Assembly (NCBI GenBank): GCA_013265495.1
Contig: MU058584.1
Span: forward strand, 2,327,599-2,391,598
Direction: 5' to 3'
Source: Vicugna vicugna
Taxonomy: Eukaryota
DNA: 64,000 nt
Below the pieces are notes generated by a model. That model was given only the letters and a program-made list of their open reading frames with translations, was not told where the DNA came from and ran no database searches. This document shows, in pieces, positions 1 through 15,308 of the stretch (within the stretch, counting starts at the first letter, position 1; each line of letters starts with the position of its first letter). A program made the translations under genes and the position numbers.

Positions 1-3000
1 AATATGTATTGTACCATTAATTTCAGAGTTGGGGCTAACATAGTATATTTTGGGGTGTTCTTGTACCATCCGTTCATAATTTCCACATGTGAAAAAAAAT
101 AGTCAATAACACTTACAGTATAACATTGATGCTGGTACGCTCTGGAAGGCATGTATGTTGGTGCTTTATTTTTTAAGGGGAAACCAGAAATATTTCCTTA
201 TTAAATAAGTTTATCAAGTTAAGTATTTATCAAATGAAACTTTATTTTAAAAGTCTCAGATTAAGATACCCCCCCAATGAACCAGATGCGTTGATTTTGG
301 CTGTGGGGTGCATGTCTAAGAAAATTGATGCCTCCAACTTTAAAGGATCACAGATTTAAATATGTTAAATCCCAGTATGATTTAAAAATCCAGTTTCTAA
401 CATGTTGGGGGGATGTGATGTCTTTGACCTCACAACAGGTTTGCCACTAAAATACGTTCTCTTTTTACCTTATGGTGGGTTGTTATGGGAGACGTGGAAG
501 GCTCTGCACAGTAAGGTCTTCTGTGAGCTTCTGGATGCACTGATTTGTTATCAGAAGGTTCTCCAAGTCACTCGGCTGTACCATCACAGCCCTCTTTTGT
601 TTAAATGGAATCATGCATGAAAAGTGGCCAGGGCTTTGTAAACTTGGATGTGGTAAGACAATGTAGAATTCAATCCGGTTTTCTTGTTCCCAACACTCCA
701 GCACCATGGGGAGCATATTTGCTTTCTGAAGTTTTGTGAGTGTATGTTTCCTTCTTTTCTCATCACGGTCTGATTGACAAAGGATCGAGGCTACCAGGTT
801 CAATAACTACAGAGTTTCCTTCTTCCCCATCTGGTCAATTATTAAGCATCTCAGACCCGGCCACACTAGTAGGATTGCACTGCTAGGCAGACACCTACAC
901 TTGTCTCTTTGGAAAAAGTACAGTTCTGTCAACATTAGCAAAAACGCACTCAACATTCCTGCAAAGGTTATCATCATGCAAAACAGATATCAGAAGGACT
1001 TCTTTCTCTCCCAGATAGATCTGCATCGCAGATGGCATAGCATGATTTACGGCTCGTCCTTAGACGGGCCCCATGGACTCCCGTCGTTAGTAAATCCGTA
1101 ACTTTTTATTCTTTCCTAAAGCACTTAAAAAGAGAAAAGTAAGCATTTTAACCCCCAAGTCTGTGCTTAAGAATTATGTTGGCTCCCTTGGAATGCCAGT
1201 CTCTGATTACAGCTTTCTAAGGAATTATTCTGGTGGCTTAAACTTCATGTGACTATTCTGAGCACAAAGTAAATTATTATGGAAAATTTGAGCTAAGCTT
1301 TCCAGTTGTGCCTAAGATGTTGGAAATAACATGCAGAGGAACCCCTCTGTAGTGCTTTTTCAGAAATAGAGACAAAAGCAAATGCTGTTGTATCTGTGCA
1401 ATCGCATGGAATTTTAAATGATCAATGTTTTAACAGCAAAAGTTAGAAATCGGCTTTTCTGTATTTTCTTTGCTCTTAAGACAACCCAAATCATTTCACA
1501 GATAAAAGGAGAACTTCAGAATGTTTCAGCTTTTCACATAGGGTATTTATTATAATGCTGTGTGCTGGCTCTTCGATAATTATCCAAAGGATAAATGATC
1601 ATTGAATTAGCAAGTGTTAAATAAGCAGTAATAAGAAGTTAATAAGTGAAAATACATTTTGGTTGAGTTTGAAGTCTAGAGTTCTGGAACCTGAGGACTT
1701 TTTATATCCTCAATAGAGAAGCAGGAGTTTTTTCCAGAAGCTTTGCTAAATATAACTACTCATTTCTACTGCAAGGAAGATACTTTGCAAGTAAATCTTC
1801 TTCCTTGTAGAGGCTTTTGTGTGGAGAGCGGTAGTTCAGTATCTTTATTTAGGCCCCTTCTAAATATTTCTGGTTGTTGATACATGCTGGCCTCCTATTT
1901 CCTTACACATAATTCATAAAAATCATTTCGGGCTAGAGCCTGTGGGGATTAGCAAGCGTTTGGAGATACGTGGCATGCTTTATATTTTACATCAGCAGAG
2001 TTGGGCAAAACAGATGGAGCAAGGAGTGGAAATAGAAGGGAGACAAGAAAATTAAGCTTTGAACAAAAGAAAGCAAAAATGGGGACCAATTAGAGCAACA
2101 GTTATAACCCTGGGTTTGTAATTCCTTTAGGGGGACCTATAATGACACCTTCTCAACTTCCTGTTTTTAATGAGATTATGAAAGCAAGAGTAAATATTTC
2201 AGAAAAAAAAATAGGGCCTTTTGAGGAAGATTGGATTGTCTTTTGGGAGGGTTGGAGAACATTTTAACATCCAAGAAGAAAGAAATTGGCCTGTGCGTTA
2301 CCGATACTTGTCGCGAAATCACACCAACGTTGATATTTCATCGGGAGCTGGGATTAGCTAAACAGCCCCTGTTTTGTTTTGTTCTGTCTGGTTTTTGCAG
2401 TTCAGAACCCCTAGATTTGAATTCTTTTGCTTAGCTGTGTGTGTGTGTGTGTGTCAAGGACAACAGCAGATTCAGCCGTGACTGGTCAGTTAGTGGCAAG
2501 CTCGTTTACAAATTCTTGTTATACTCTTAGTAGGTTTGATGCTATTCTGGATTGGCAGGCAGACGATTATCATATTAAAACCCCCAGATGCTGGCTTCCC
2601 AAGAGAAATTTACATGAAGTACGCACATTTAGAGAGGAGGCAAGACATCCAGAGAATCTGACACTTCTAGCAGATCCACAGGAACCCTGATAATTAATTT
2701 TTTTTTTAAACCAAGTGAAAGAATTTACCCCATTGATGTTTTCTGCTGTGTTCTTTCTTCCTCTGTTTCTCCCCATAATTTCTAAGTGGAAAACACAGCC
2801 TCCTGGAGTTGAAACTCCAGAATCTGACCATGCACACCTACTAAAGGGGTTTCACGTTGAACCAGACCACCTTTCCCTCTTGTACTTTGCCCTGAGTAGA
2901 AAGTAACAAAGATTTTTGGATTTGAAAGGGAAGAATTGTGGAAAATAGAGATGCGAGTGTGACATAACTAAGCTGACATCGAGCAAAGAGGCTCTGTCTT

Positions 3001-3200
3001 TGAGCTTCCAAATGGTATGAGAGTCCAGTCTGATCAGGCTGGACACCTAATCTGTGGGGAGCCTTGATTTCTAAACTGCAAAAATGAAGGCACTACTTGC
3101 CATCCATCTGCTTTATAAAAATGCTGTGAGTAATAATGAGCTAACGTTTTTAAGCACCTTGAGTCCCTGAGGAAGAAGTACATTCATTCTTGTTCTACGT

Positions 3201-3399
3201 CGTTGGTTCTCAATCGTGGTAAACTTGCACCCCAGGGGACATTTTTGGTTGTGACAATTGTGGGGGGACGATGCTACTTGGCATCTGCTGGATAGAAGCC
3301 AGGGATGTCGCTGACCATCCTACAATACGGAAGACATTCCTCCACCACGAAAAATCATCTGGTCCAAAATGTCAATGGTGCCAACGTCGAGAAAGCCTG
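3201..3399 (+). mobile_element. MER20 (hAT-Charlie DNA transposon)
   Basis: Matches recalled MER20 consensus (ggttctcaa...ccccaggggacatttttggttgtgacaa...gccagggatg...aaaatgtcaat...gagaaagcctg). 8-bp TSD-like flanks ttctacgt/ctctaggt. Confidence 0.85.
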
Positions 3400-6300
3400 C
3401 TCTAGGTTTAGATCTCGTCATTAATGTTCTGTTTGGGGGATTTTGAAGTTAACTGAGTTTGGGGTTTTTTCCTGAACACATTTAATTCTCCTGGAGACTC
3501 CTTAGAGTAGAAACGAAGTGCTTGAGAAATTATCTTATGAAAATGGAGGTTAACGGATCTCCACATCATCGTGTTTGTGTGGGCAAATGCATTGGCGTCC
3601 GTAGGTGATGCGTCATTTCTTCTCTGTCTAGTTGAGGGCAAGTTTAGCTTGGTACACACCACAGGTGTCTGGACTGCAGCTTACGTGAGCCACTTGCCTC
3701 CCTTCCCAAGCCAAATTCCGAATCTGTTAACTGGCAAGCACGTCTCAAACTGTGCATCTAGTAATTGCTGATCATAGCTACCTGTAGGTAAGGTTCCCGA
3801 CTGACCTTCTCAGAAAGCCAGGTCACTCTGTTGTAGTTCTTGGAGAATTCTACAGAGCCTCCAAGAGAGCCCATGGGCTACTTCTCTGTGAACCACATCC
3901 TACCCAGGAGGTTAGCCAACCCAGGATAAGGTCTTTCCAACTTGCAGTGCCAGATAAGGGGCGTGTCTTCCCCTCATTATTCAGATTTCCATGTGGACTT
4001 GTGTCTGCTTTATTGCCGTATTAGTGGCACTCGGGCTCTTCCCTCAGTGCAGTCACTGCCTCTAGATACTTATCAGAGAGTCAGAAGCCAGGCAGTGTTG
4101 TACTCGGGTGTAGAGAGACAATGAAAAGCTGAAACAGCACAGCCAAGAGCACAGGGACTCTTCCTACAATTACTGCTCTGATTCAAATGCATTTGTACGT
4201 GAAGTACATTGATATGTGCATATTTATCTCTGTGTACAATAGGCAGTCAGACATATTTACAATTTATCTATGCACATATATTTCTTAAATCATCTGTGTC
4301 AGTTGCAGTGTATGTCTTGTAAATGGCACATTCCGTGCCTTCATGCTTCCATGGATGCCATGTTACTTGGCATCAGTGTAGCTCTTTGGGGGTTTCTCCC
4401 ATTTCTCAGTTTGTGTGTTAATTTCCAATAAACCGTCAACCAAGCATACAGAACGTATGTTTATGACATGATATCTGGTTGAGAGCAACACAGAATACCT
4501 GGGCTTCAAAATGAATACTCTCGGTGTTGGGGGCGGTGGGAATCTGATACCCTATAAACAGTTGTGATTTGGGTTCTTAGAGCTGACAGTTCTTGGTTCT
4601 GATGACATCTAAAGGTGAGCATGTATTGTAGTACTTATTATAAAATGGTTTTTAAATTTAGGTTATCTTGCTGCCATTGAAAGGTTTGAGAGGGAAGGGT
4701 GTAACTAGAACATAGAAGCCTGGGTCTTATGTATCTGAACATGTGTGTGTTCTGTGCTACACACTGGGTCACCCACATGTTGGGAAGGACCACATTCATA
4801 GGAGAGTCCAGGCCAAAGCCTCTGCCTGCTGATTGGGTGTGAGCCACATCTGGTCCAATTTTGTACCTATTTTGCCTAAGACCCAACTTTTTAACTCTTT
4901 TCAGATTAGCTAAACTGAGAGATGTATGCCAGATGCGACAGGACATGTCACAGAGCTAGGGAGATGTCCTAGTTCTTTGGGTGGTGCTTGGGTTGTCCCC
5001 CACCCCCTAAAGCATTGCCTTAACCCCATGAGTAAGAATGGAGGGTCTGTTTAGATAGCAAAATACTTCTCTGGTCCCTTACATGTGGATGAAGACCCTA
5101 AAGCACAAAGCAAGATGGGGATGTTTCTTAACTTGAGGTAGTTCCCAAGTGAATTGTCCTCAAGGAAATCATTGGGTTCCTCTAAATGGCTCTCGCCTTT
5201 GGAGAATGAGGACACCATGAATGGTTAAGCAGGGTGGCAGAGTTTAGAAGTCATTGCTAGTTAAGTGGTCCTTCCATGGAATAAAAAAAGCCTTCTGTTC
5301 TGCTTAGCCTCAGCTCTTCATGGGAGGCGGGACAGCCCCCAGGACAGTGTAAATCCCTATCTTGGGAGAAAAGCAAGTGTCAGAGCTGGGGCATGAATCA
5401 TTGTTGGGCGATTCCACATGGATGATGGCTGTCTCTGAATTCAAGGGCAGGAATGCGATTTGAGCAACGTAGGGATGGAAACAGCAGTGTGGAACTGACC
5501 TGGGTCCCTGAGGTCTCTCCTTTTGCAGGCTAACGTCATGTTTTAACCAAACCTTGCACGTTGAGCTTTCTGTCCTAATGCGCTGAGCTGCACGATGACT
5601 TCAGAATAATATTAAGCTTTTCACAGCTTTGTGTTGAGGTTGAGGGCGGGCTAGGGGACCAGTGGAACCTGGGTGGTGCCTCCAGGCTGAGTCTCTGGGA
5701 GAAGGCTTCATCTCTAGGAGGTGAAAGCAGACAGCTCTTCTTGAGGCCCTTATTATTGTTACTATTTTATATTTCATGCATGCTTGAGAATTCCTGGTCC
5801 ATTTTCTGTCTTGTCTTCCTCCAAAATGGCAGGTGGCAGGGAAGAGCATATTATTTTCATGTATTTTTGCAGTCCTCGTGGCTCATCTTGGACTGTTGAC
5901 CACCCACCAGGGAATGTTGCCTCCTTTTTAGAAATCAGGACTGTCAGAGGCCCACTTCAGAGGGCCAGCCTTCCTGTGCGGCGTTGCCATCCTGCCCTCC
6001 CCTCCCAGGTGCTGCTCCCCACATGAGGGGAGATGGGTGCAGCAGTAGCTTACTTAGCATCCAGCCGAGAGCTCATGCGCTCCATCGTGGTGGGGCAGAA
6101 GTCTCGTTGACTGGCCCATATTCTCCAGCTTGCAGTCCCCCAGCCAATCCTAGCATTTTAGAGGCATGAAAGAGAGGTCCTACGTCTAGAGACTGTCTCC
6201 AGTTCGAATAGACCAAGTTGAGAAGAATAGATGTTTCCTTTCTCAGCTTGAAGTTGCTAAGGGCCACCCGCGGTGAGATGTGGCTTCACATAACATGAAT

Positions 6301-6454
6301 GGCGTGCACCCTTTATTGCTTGCTCTGTTCCTCATGCTACTAACCAGGCTCTGTCGATGTTGTTTTCATGTTAGTTTTTATTTGGGGGTTGCTCTGCATG
6401 CCGTTCCTCCTCTTGGCTGATAGTTGCGGGGGTCGAGCCTTTTCCTTTCTGTGA

Positions 6455-6997
<543 letters not shown>

Positions 6998-7915
6998 TGA
7001 ATGCACAGGCACATAGCTTGGTTTCCTGTTTTCACTTGAAGCCTTCAGTACTCCCAGCCAGGTTGACTAAACTCCTCTTCTCAGTCATCCTTGGTGTCAA
7101 GGGACTTGGGTTTCCGGTGATGAGTCTAAGTCCCCGCTGGGAAACAGAAATCAAGTCGTGTGGTGTCAGCCCTCGGTGCTCCCTATGGAGCCACTTGCCT
7201 GCATGATGGGGAAGGAGGCCGTCCTCCCACCTCACCACGCAGCCTGACGCGACAGGGTGAAGCGGTGTGCTCTGGGTGGGAGCTGCGAGGGGAGTTCTGA
7301 GCCGTGCCCATCCAGTGGCCCCACCCTGCCTCTGGACCAGGAAGCATCACCTGCCTGGGACCAGGTGAGCTGGCCGGTGACTCAGCCCCTTGCTCAGGAA
7401 ACATTGCCTGGAAACAAGTTGGAGGAGAAAATGGTCAGACTTTGGTCCGATGACTAAATAACTGGCCATTCTTCAAGTCCTCAGAAATACAGCATTAGTT
7501 GCACTGTTTACCCAGCCCCTCTCAACAGAACCTTGGCCTTTCTAGGAGTTCCCAGCCGAGAAGTTACATAGGATGATCTGCAGGGAAGGGGGAGGGCCAT
7601 CACTCTCCCCGCTCCAACCCCCGTCTCGCCCAGCCCCTGCCATCTCGTGCCACATCGTGGAATTGGTTTCAGTGTTGGGAATCCCAGCTTTCTTCTACCA
7701 TTTTACTGTCTTGCCTGCCGAACTCAGAAAGGGTAATGGATTTGGGGTAGTGAGGAGACCCAGCCTCCTCCCCGTGGTTCCTTTCCCAGGAAGACTCTCT
7801 CCAACGACTGCATTAATTCGGCATGCCCAAATGGTAGCCTGCGTGATGATGACCTGCCTCCCTTTCCCTGCACCTCCCTGACTAATTTCCTCTCTGTTGT
7901 TGTTCGTCTGTTTAG

Positions 7916-8089
<174 letters not shown>

Positions 8090-9049
8090 TAGTAGGACTT
8101 AGCTTCACAGGCACCTAGTTTCTTGTTTCTGTATCGGTCACGCCGTCGGCAGCATTCTACCCTCAAGAAAGTGGCGATTGGGCAGGCTTCATGCAGGCAG
8201 CTGGCGTCTAGGACTGTCACACACAATCAGTGTTTGCGTGGCACCTGCGGCCACATGCGTTCAGCCGAGAGGGGCTGCTAAACAGGTGACACCTAGTACA
8301 ACGGTGGTAGGAAATGTCGCCATGAGCGGGGGTCTGGGAACCTGGGGAGAAAGACCCATAGCCAGAATCCATGGCATCCAGGTCTGTGGTCTTTTTTTTT
8401 AAAAAAAAAAAAAAGAAAAACCTTCTTCCAATCTAAGGACGATTAAAAAAAAATTAACGCCGAGGCTGGGCATGTTGAAGGGATGGGGAGGGGGACAGAC
8501 CATCTTCTACTTGTTCTTGGGTGCGCTGGCGGCTCCTGACTAGCATGAAAATTCATAGCGACAAGCTATGTCGCACAGAGTGAAATCGATCAGACAGACA
8601 CAAGGAGACCCGAGTGTAGATTTGGGACAGCAATCCAACTTGATTTCTCAGATCAATCGTCCGCTATCTCAGCAGCGGTGACAGCAAGCTGGGACAAGAG
8701 GGCAGCCTGGAAAAGGAGGCCATTCTTTCGATCAGAGGTGATTTCCTGGGCTTTTAGAGGTCGTCTGATGCTCCAGTAGAGCTATTGGCTCAGAGCCACC
8801 CAAGGAAACTGTGATTGGATGATGGTGGTGATTTTTGGGGGTTGTTTCTGTTATGATTAAAGTAAATTGGGGATGGAAGGAAGGAAAGGTGGGCGTAGCA
8901 TATAAGCGTAATGCTAGCTTATTCTAATTGAGGTGTAGTGTCTGCGATGAAAAAGTCCTTCAACTCTGCGTTGGTGAAATCATATGTGAGTGTGGCCAGA
9001 TTGCAAAGGAGCAAGGAAACACCAGCTGTTTCATCAGACGAGGAATCGT

Positions 9050-9415
9050 TGAAAGAATTAGGAATTATTAAGCCCACGAAAGAGTAGATCTGAGTGGTGA
9101 TAGTTTTAAACACGCCGTCACCTGTGAGAGAGATTGGAATCATCGTGCGTGACCTAAAGAGGGCAGGGGAGGTCACTGAGGGGAAGATTCAGAGAAACGC
9201 GTTTCACTTCAACATTTGAAGGGCCTTTCTCACAGTCAAGAGTTGTCCGAAGAAGGGACTGGCTGCCTCTGGAAGCCAAGAATTCCCCTCATTGGAACGT
9301 TCAAACATGGTTTGGCTAACTACTTGGAAAGAATGTTGTAGACGGGAGGTAAGCACCAGGTGGTGAGTGTCTTGGTGACTTTTCAGACCCCTTCCGGTTA
9401 GGAATTCTCTATTTT
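9050..9415 (+). mobile_element. L3/CR1 LINE 3' fragment
   Basis: Degenerate CR1 3' end (cttttctcacagtcaagagttgtcc...ggctgcct...ccctcattggaacgttcaaaca...gaccccttcc...attctctatt). Boundaries approximate. Confidence 0.6.
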
Positions 9416-12400
9416 CTACCTTCCTTAGGCAGAATCTGCTCTGAGTTGATAAAGAATTGCCAAGTTCCTCTTCTCAAGGGAAGGAGGTCGGTCAGAGTTG
9501 ACCCTGGTAAACATAACTGGGCAACTGGGTCCCTTTTTTTTTTAAAGGGTTTCCAGAGCAAACGGGTTCTCTCCTTCCTGTGCTTATACTGATGATTATT
9601 ACTGTGTTCATGGCTAACTTGCCAGGCGCCTGCTTAGAAAAATAGGAGATACCATGGTGGAGAATTGGGTTCTCAAAAATGGTTTCCGTAGCTCTGTGTG
9701 TGGTGGTGGCGGGGGGTTTTCTGGCACATACGCATGTATGCATTTCCTGAATCTTCTTGAGCTGTAAGAGATTTTTCCAGAAAAAGCTCTGCTCTGCACG
9801 TAAGTAGAAGAGAGGATCACGAGGAAAGTAGGAGAGTTGGGGGGCGAGGATATAGGCACATTCGAAAAGGGAACTGAAGAAAGTCTACGAGGCTGGGCAG
9901 GAAATGGGGCCGCCAGTTCTGTCATTCAGCACCTTTCTTTCCTAACTGGGGAGCATAGAAGAGAGCAGCCCTCAGCCTCGGGCTTGGGGGTGGGGGAATG
10001 GGTCACCGTTGGCCCCTCTGGCATCGTCTCGTGGGCTGGGAATCATTTCTGAAATGGTGTAACCAAGCACGTGCGGACAGTTATGTCCGACTACATCAGC
10101 CCACCACAAAAACGGGGCTGGCAAACGCCACTTGAAAGCATCTCATTTTGTGCTGATTATTTTTCCCCCCTGTGAACTGTAAGTTTATTTGATTTCCGGG
10201 TCTTTAATCTGCAGAGTAAATGAATCCAAGGCAGATCATGATACGGGATGTTCCTTTGGTATCAGTTTGAAGTTGTGCCACCTGCAGGAGCCTCAGCTTG
10301 GTAGAGGGACATGTATTCTTAGGTATTAGACGCTGCTCCCTGTGTTATGTGCAGAGAGGCCTCTGGCTGCCAGAAGGGAGAGAGAGAGAGAAAAAAAAGG
10401 GAGGGAGGGAGAAGAGACAAGGACAGGAATGAAAGAATTGAGCCAAGGAGTAAAAATAAACAGTCCCTAAACCCAGGGCAGCAGTGGAATTCCCAGCTGG
10501 GCTCTGGATTGTGTTTCATTCCGTGGAGGACGTTTTCTGGGCAGCCTTTCTCGGCTCCCCTGGCTGCGTTCTCACAGCACCCACACCTTCTCCGACCAGT
10601 GTCTATTTTAAATCCTGTAGAGTTCAGACCACTTGCTTTTAACGCGAGGGGGCTGCAAGAGTGCAGTGGTCAGAGCCCTGTGATGGGGGCTGGGAGACTC
10701 CCGCCCTGGTGACTCTCATGTGTCCGAGGACAGACGTCAAATGCTCGTTTATAAAATGGGGCCAGTAATTCCCACTCTTCATGCCTCAAGGGCTGTATTA
10801 GGGCAGAGGAGAGAATCGGCAGGAAAGGGCTTGGCAAAGCATAGCTTGCTCCACGCGAATGCAGTAGGAAAAACCGTTCTAAGTGAGAACTTTCCAAGTT
10901 GACCTCTTTTCTCCCTTTGTAGGAGCAGTCTTCTCCATAGGGAGTTCCTAGTGGGGGGACGTTAGGTCTCAGTTGTCACTTATTTTCCTCTTCTGATGGA
11001 AAAGGATGCTTTCGAAAGCAGTATCGAGTTGTGCCGGGCCAAAGGGCCCCCCTTCCCCCGCCGTGGCGAGCGTTAAGTGATGCCTCCTTGAGTGCTTTGT
11101 GCTCACAAATGACAACGGGCAGTGGTTACTGGGTTTAGAATAATGGAGGGAGATTAGGTCACTTCTCTGTCGATCGGACAGACTTAAAGATCACATCCCC
11201 TTATTCCTGTCCCTTCCCACTGCCACCATCCTTGTTCTAGAAATAGTTCATTCGCTGGACTTTTGTGATTATACCCTAATTACTCTTCCTGCCTTTAGTT
11301 TCTCCTGCACTCATCCCGAGTGTCGTCATTCCTTGCTCAGAAATCACGCCTCTCTTGCCTAGCTGAGCAGCTGGCCTGAGATTCAGAGTCTTTCCAATCC
11401 TTTCCTCTCGTCCTGTCACCCAGTAAACTTTGGATGCCAGGCAACGTAGCCAGCTGACTTTCACCTAGCGATAGGTGTTCCCTACATCCACTCATGTGTG
11501 CTGACTATGCAAATGTCCTTTCTTCCTCCATCACCTTCCGCACCCCACCCTGCTCTCAAAATCCCACTCTCCCATGTCTAGCTCCTCCTTACTGTCTGTT
11601 CTTTGTGTCTTTCGTTCCTGAATATGTGTGTGGTCCTAAAATGCCTCTGTTAGCTGCTCAAAACACATTTGTTGAAGGAATAAATCAGACAGAAGACAAA
11701 CTACCACTAAATTTAAAAACGCGTTTTCAGGACCAATAGCCACATCTTCTATAACAGCTGTAAAGTATCTAGTGATGATTTTTATTTGAAATGCCTTACT
11801 TATCTGCCCATAGACTGTCTTTTTTTAATTCAGAAAGCTTCTTCAGTCTTTCTTTTTGGGAAAAGTTTCTAAACTTTTTGACCAGTGCAGATTCTCTGAG
11901 AATAAAATTCAGATCAGCATTAAATAGAGGAAGTTACATAGTGATGCTATTGTCCAGAATTCTCTCTTTGAATTCCTTAACGCCACCTTTTCCTAAAAAA
12001 GTCATCCTTATCAGACCTGTTCTTTGGATGGCCATCCACGTAGCAGTGGAACATCGTTCCTCATGGGGTTCTCTCTGCTGTCTCTACCAGACACGGGAGT
12101 GGAACCTGCACGAACAAACTGGTTGAAGGTGGCAGCACCCTGAAGTCAGGAAACTTGGATCCTTCTTGTGGCTTTTCTTGCGGCGAGTCCTTTCATCTCT
12201 GTATCGTTGCATCATCTGCCAAATTTACCCGATAAACAAGCCCTAAGGTCCTTTCAGCTCATTCTGGAGTCCTACAAGGATGCTCTTTGATTCTTACTGT
12301 TCACTCAAGGCACACCAGGCTCAACTGTAGGTTCCTCTTTCCAGAAAACTTTCCTCTGTTTAGTCTCCGCCATACTTCCTAGCCCACCCCATCACTTCCC

Positions 12401-15308
12401 CCGCCAGCTGCATCTTGAGGGAAGGAGGAAGAGCTTGCATTACAGGACCTTCTCCCTTTGAATTCTCAGAGATTGGTGGTAGCAGAAACATTATTCTTTG
12501 GGGTGAAACTATTTTTAATTGTTTTTAAACGTGAGTTGAGGGAGTGAGTTCACTCCAGCCACATCTTAAATGTCAGTAGATACCCTATAAGATTTTTCTT
12601 ATTCAAGAGTTTTAATGAAAATGAACATACAGTCTTAGCATTCTCTCTATAAAGGCAAAGTGCCATGAACGTCAGTTTATGACCGAAAAATCTCATTGAT
12701 TTTGCTTTGTGATAATTATAGTGGGAAAATAGAGCTGAAGCTTTGATCTCTGTAAACCATTAACATAGGCGTTTTTTATTTTTGTTTTTGCTTTCTCCCA
12801 TGTTAGGCAAAGAGACAAAAGGACATTTATAAATGTAAGAAAATAAATAAAATATAAATCATTAGGACCAAAAATAGCAAACCATTTAAGTGAATGTGTT
12901 TCAGGCATTCGGAAATCACCAGGGTTACTTGGTCACATTTGGCCACAGGCCATCATTTTAATTTTTTTCTCAACGACTACTGTGAGACCTCCTTCCACTT
13001 AAAGTATATATTAATAAGATGTCGCCACATGTGGCGTCGTAGGACTGGGGAGGGAGGGCGATCATTAAAATCATATGCAGATCTTTAAAAACTCACTTTA
13101 ATTATATGGCAGTTTAATTTTTCTACCAAGCCGAATGTGAATTTTGAAGATAGTAAGCCATATTCAGATGTGCTCCCAGTTAGTTGCCTTTGGGTACCTT
13201 CTGGTGTGGTGGCCAGGGACCAGTGAGTGGCCCCGGGCTTGGGGGTAAAAGGAGTGAGGGTGATGGACCGGCCTGAATATGGTGCACCAACCTCCACGGG
13301 TTTGAAAGCAGCGGTGTAGGGTAGGGTAGATGGACTCCTGCCTTCAAGAGGTTTGCAGCCTTATCACAGAGCCAAGGGGAAGCAGTAAGTCCCTTTAGCT
13401 TTTTACATGATGGTGCCTTTAAGCCTTAATACCATATCAACTGAGCATTTGAGACCAGAAAAGCATTTTATTTGAGCCAACAATACTTGGAGCAGCAAAA
13501 AAAAAAAAAAAAAGGCCCCCATATCATAATGTCATATGCCATCCATTGTTTTTCCCCAGCTGCGACGTGAAAGCCTATAAAAATATAGAGGGTGAATGAG
13601 GCTAAATCTATTCAATGGTATATTCGTTCATTTGTGTATTCATGTATTCATTCATTCATTCATTCAGCAAATATGTCATCAGTAGCATTTTTGACCTCAG
13701 GGAATGTGGCTACATCATAACACATCCAGATCAAATTGGAAAAACCCTGATGCCAATTAGGATGTATTTTAACTTTCGGTCTCACTCAGCACCTTGTCTG
13801 AGATGAGGTTTCGTGTTCTTGGAATCCTAGGACAGGGGAGCCAGTCAGCTCTGAAGTTCAACGGAGGGAATTTGAAATTAAGTTATGTGGCAGAAGAGAG
13901 GAAATCCAAGACCAACTAGCAATAGATAGAGAAATCTACCCTCCTCCCCACAAAACAGCCATCTCGTGGACTGAGAAGTGTCCTTTCGTGGAGACTCCTT
14001 ACCGCGTTGTAGAAGTAGTCATGACGAATGTCATTGACCTCAAACACAGAAATACAGTCACTGCAAAACATTGTCACATTTACAGCGTGAGTGGGGTGTC
14101 ATGCACATGGGTACACGGCTTCCACTCCTGCCACTTCTGCCTCTGGGACTGTGGACAAGTCACTTTCCCTCGATAGGGCTCAGCTTCCTGGAATCTAAAA
14201 AGGACAGTTGAGCTAGAAAATGCCAAAGCCCCTCTTTCAGTGCCCTGTTCTACTTGTAAACAAGTTTTTCCATTCCCAAGAAAACCCAAGATTAGAGGAC
14301 ATACTTCAAAGCTATAAGTGAAAGAGAAATTTGTGTTTGGGGGGGAAGATGCCCATACGTGACATGACAATAATGTACACAGCACACCGTGCTGGTTTTA
14401 TTGGGACGGATGCCTCAGCATCCTACCCAGTTGGGCTCACGTTTGTCCCTGCAGCCGTGCCGTCCCTGGGCTGTGATCGGGTTAGTTATTCCTGACTCAG
14501 GTGGATCCTGCCTTCCGCTCTGCGAAGAAAAAAGTCACAGCCTCCAAAAGGCAGTTTGTTTCACGGTTGCTCCCAAAAGTGGCACGACCCCTCTAGACCT
14601 CAGTAAATATTAAGCTGATTCAATTGGCTGGATTTCATTGTGGGAAACGTTAGTGTTCATTTCAGAAGCTGGCCCCCTCTTCTTGCCTTCGAGGAGGGAA
14701 TTCCACATTTTGGACAAGTTTGTTTTCAGGTAAAAATATTAGACCTCTTTTTAGAAAATCTAATTGTTATTTTTAAATTTGGTTTATTTAAAAAATGCAC
14801 CTCTGGCTCTAATTGAGTTTGGGGAAATTCTTTTCCATATCTTTAAATATTAAGGATTTAGAGCTCTATAAATATTCTCTGGTCCACCAGAGAAATAAGG
14901 CAGAAGGCATGGCTAACATGGAACAATTAACCAGAGAAGTAAATAAATGAATAAATGCTTTATTCAACAAGTGTTTATAGGGAACCTTCTGACATCCAGT
15001 ACCAGGAATTCAAATATCAACAGGACATGATTCTTGCCCTCTGTGAAGTCACAGAAAGCTTGAAGGACTGGGAGTGTTCACTTCAGTCCACTACCTTCTC
15101 TGAAAGAGAAGGACTACACCACTGAATATAGTCAATATAAGATTATTTTTGAAGAACTGGGGGAATGGCCGTTGTAAGAGTTATTTACGAATGTGTAACT
15201 ATACTCCTATCAACCAAAAATGAGTTGCTTATAAACATGGATTGACATCTGCCATCCTTTTATAGGTTTGCAAGTGACTATGCCAAAAGCTGTTCTTTCC
15301 TTCTAGAA

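Noticed and set aside
6338..6344. TACTAAC as the distal branch point of exon 7
   Set aside because: Several AG dinucleotides lie between it and the acceptor, so there is no AG-exclusion zone. Kept only as a possible QKI/SF1 regulatory site.
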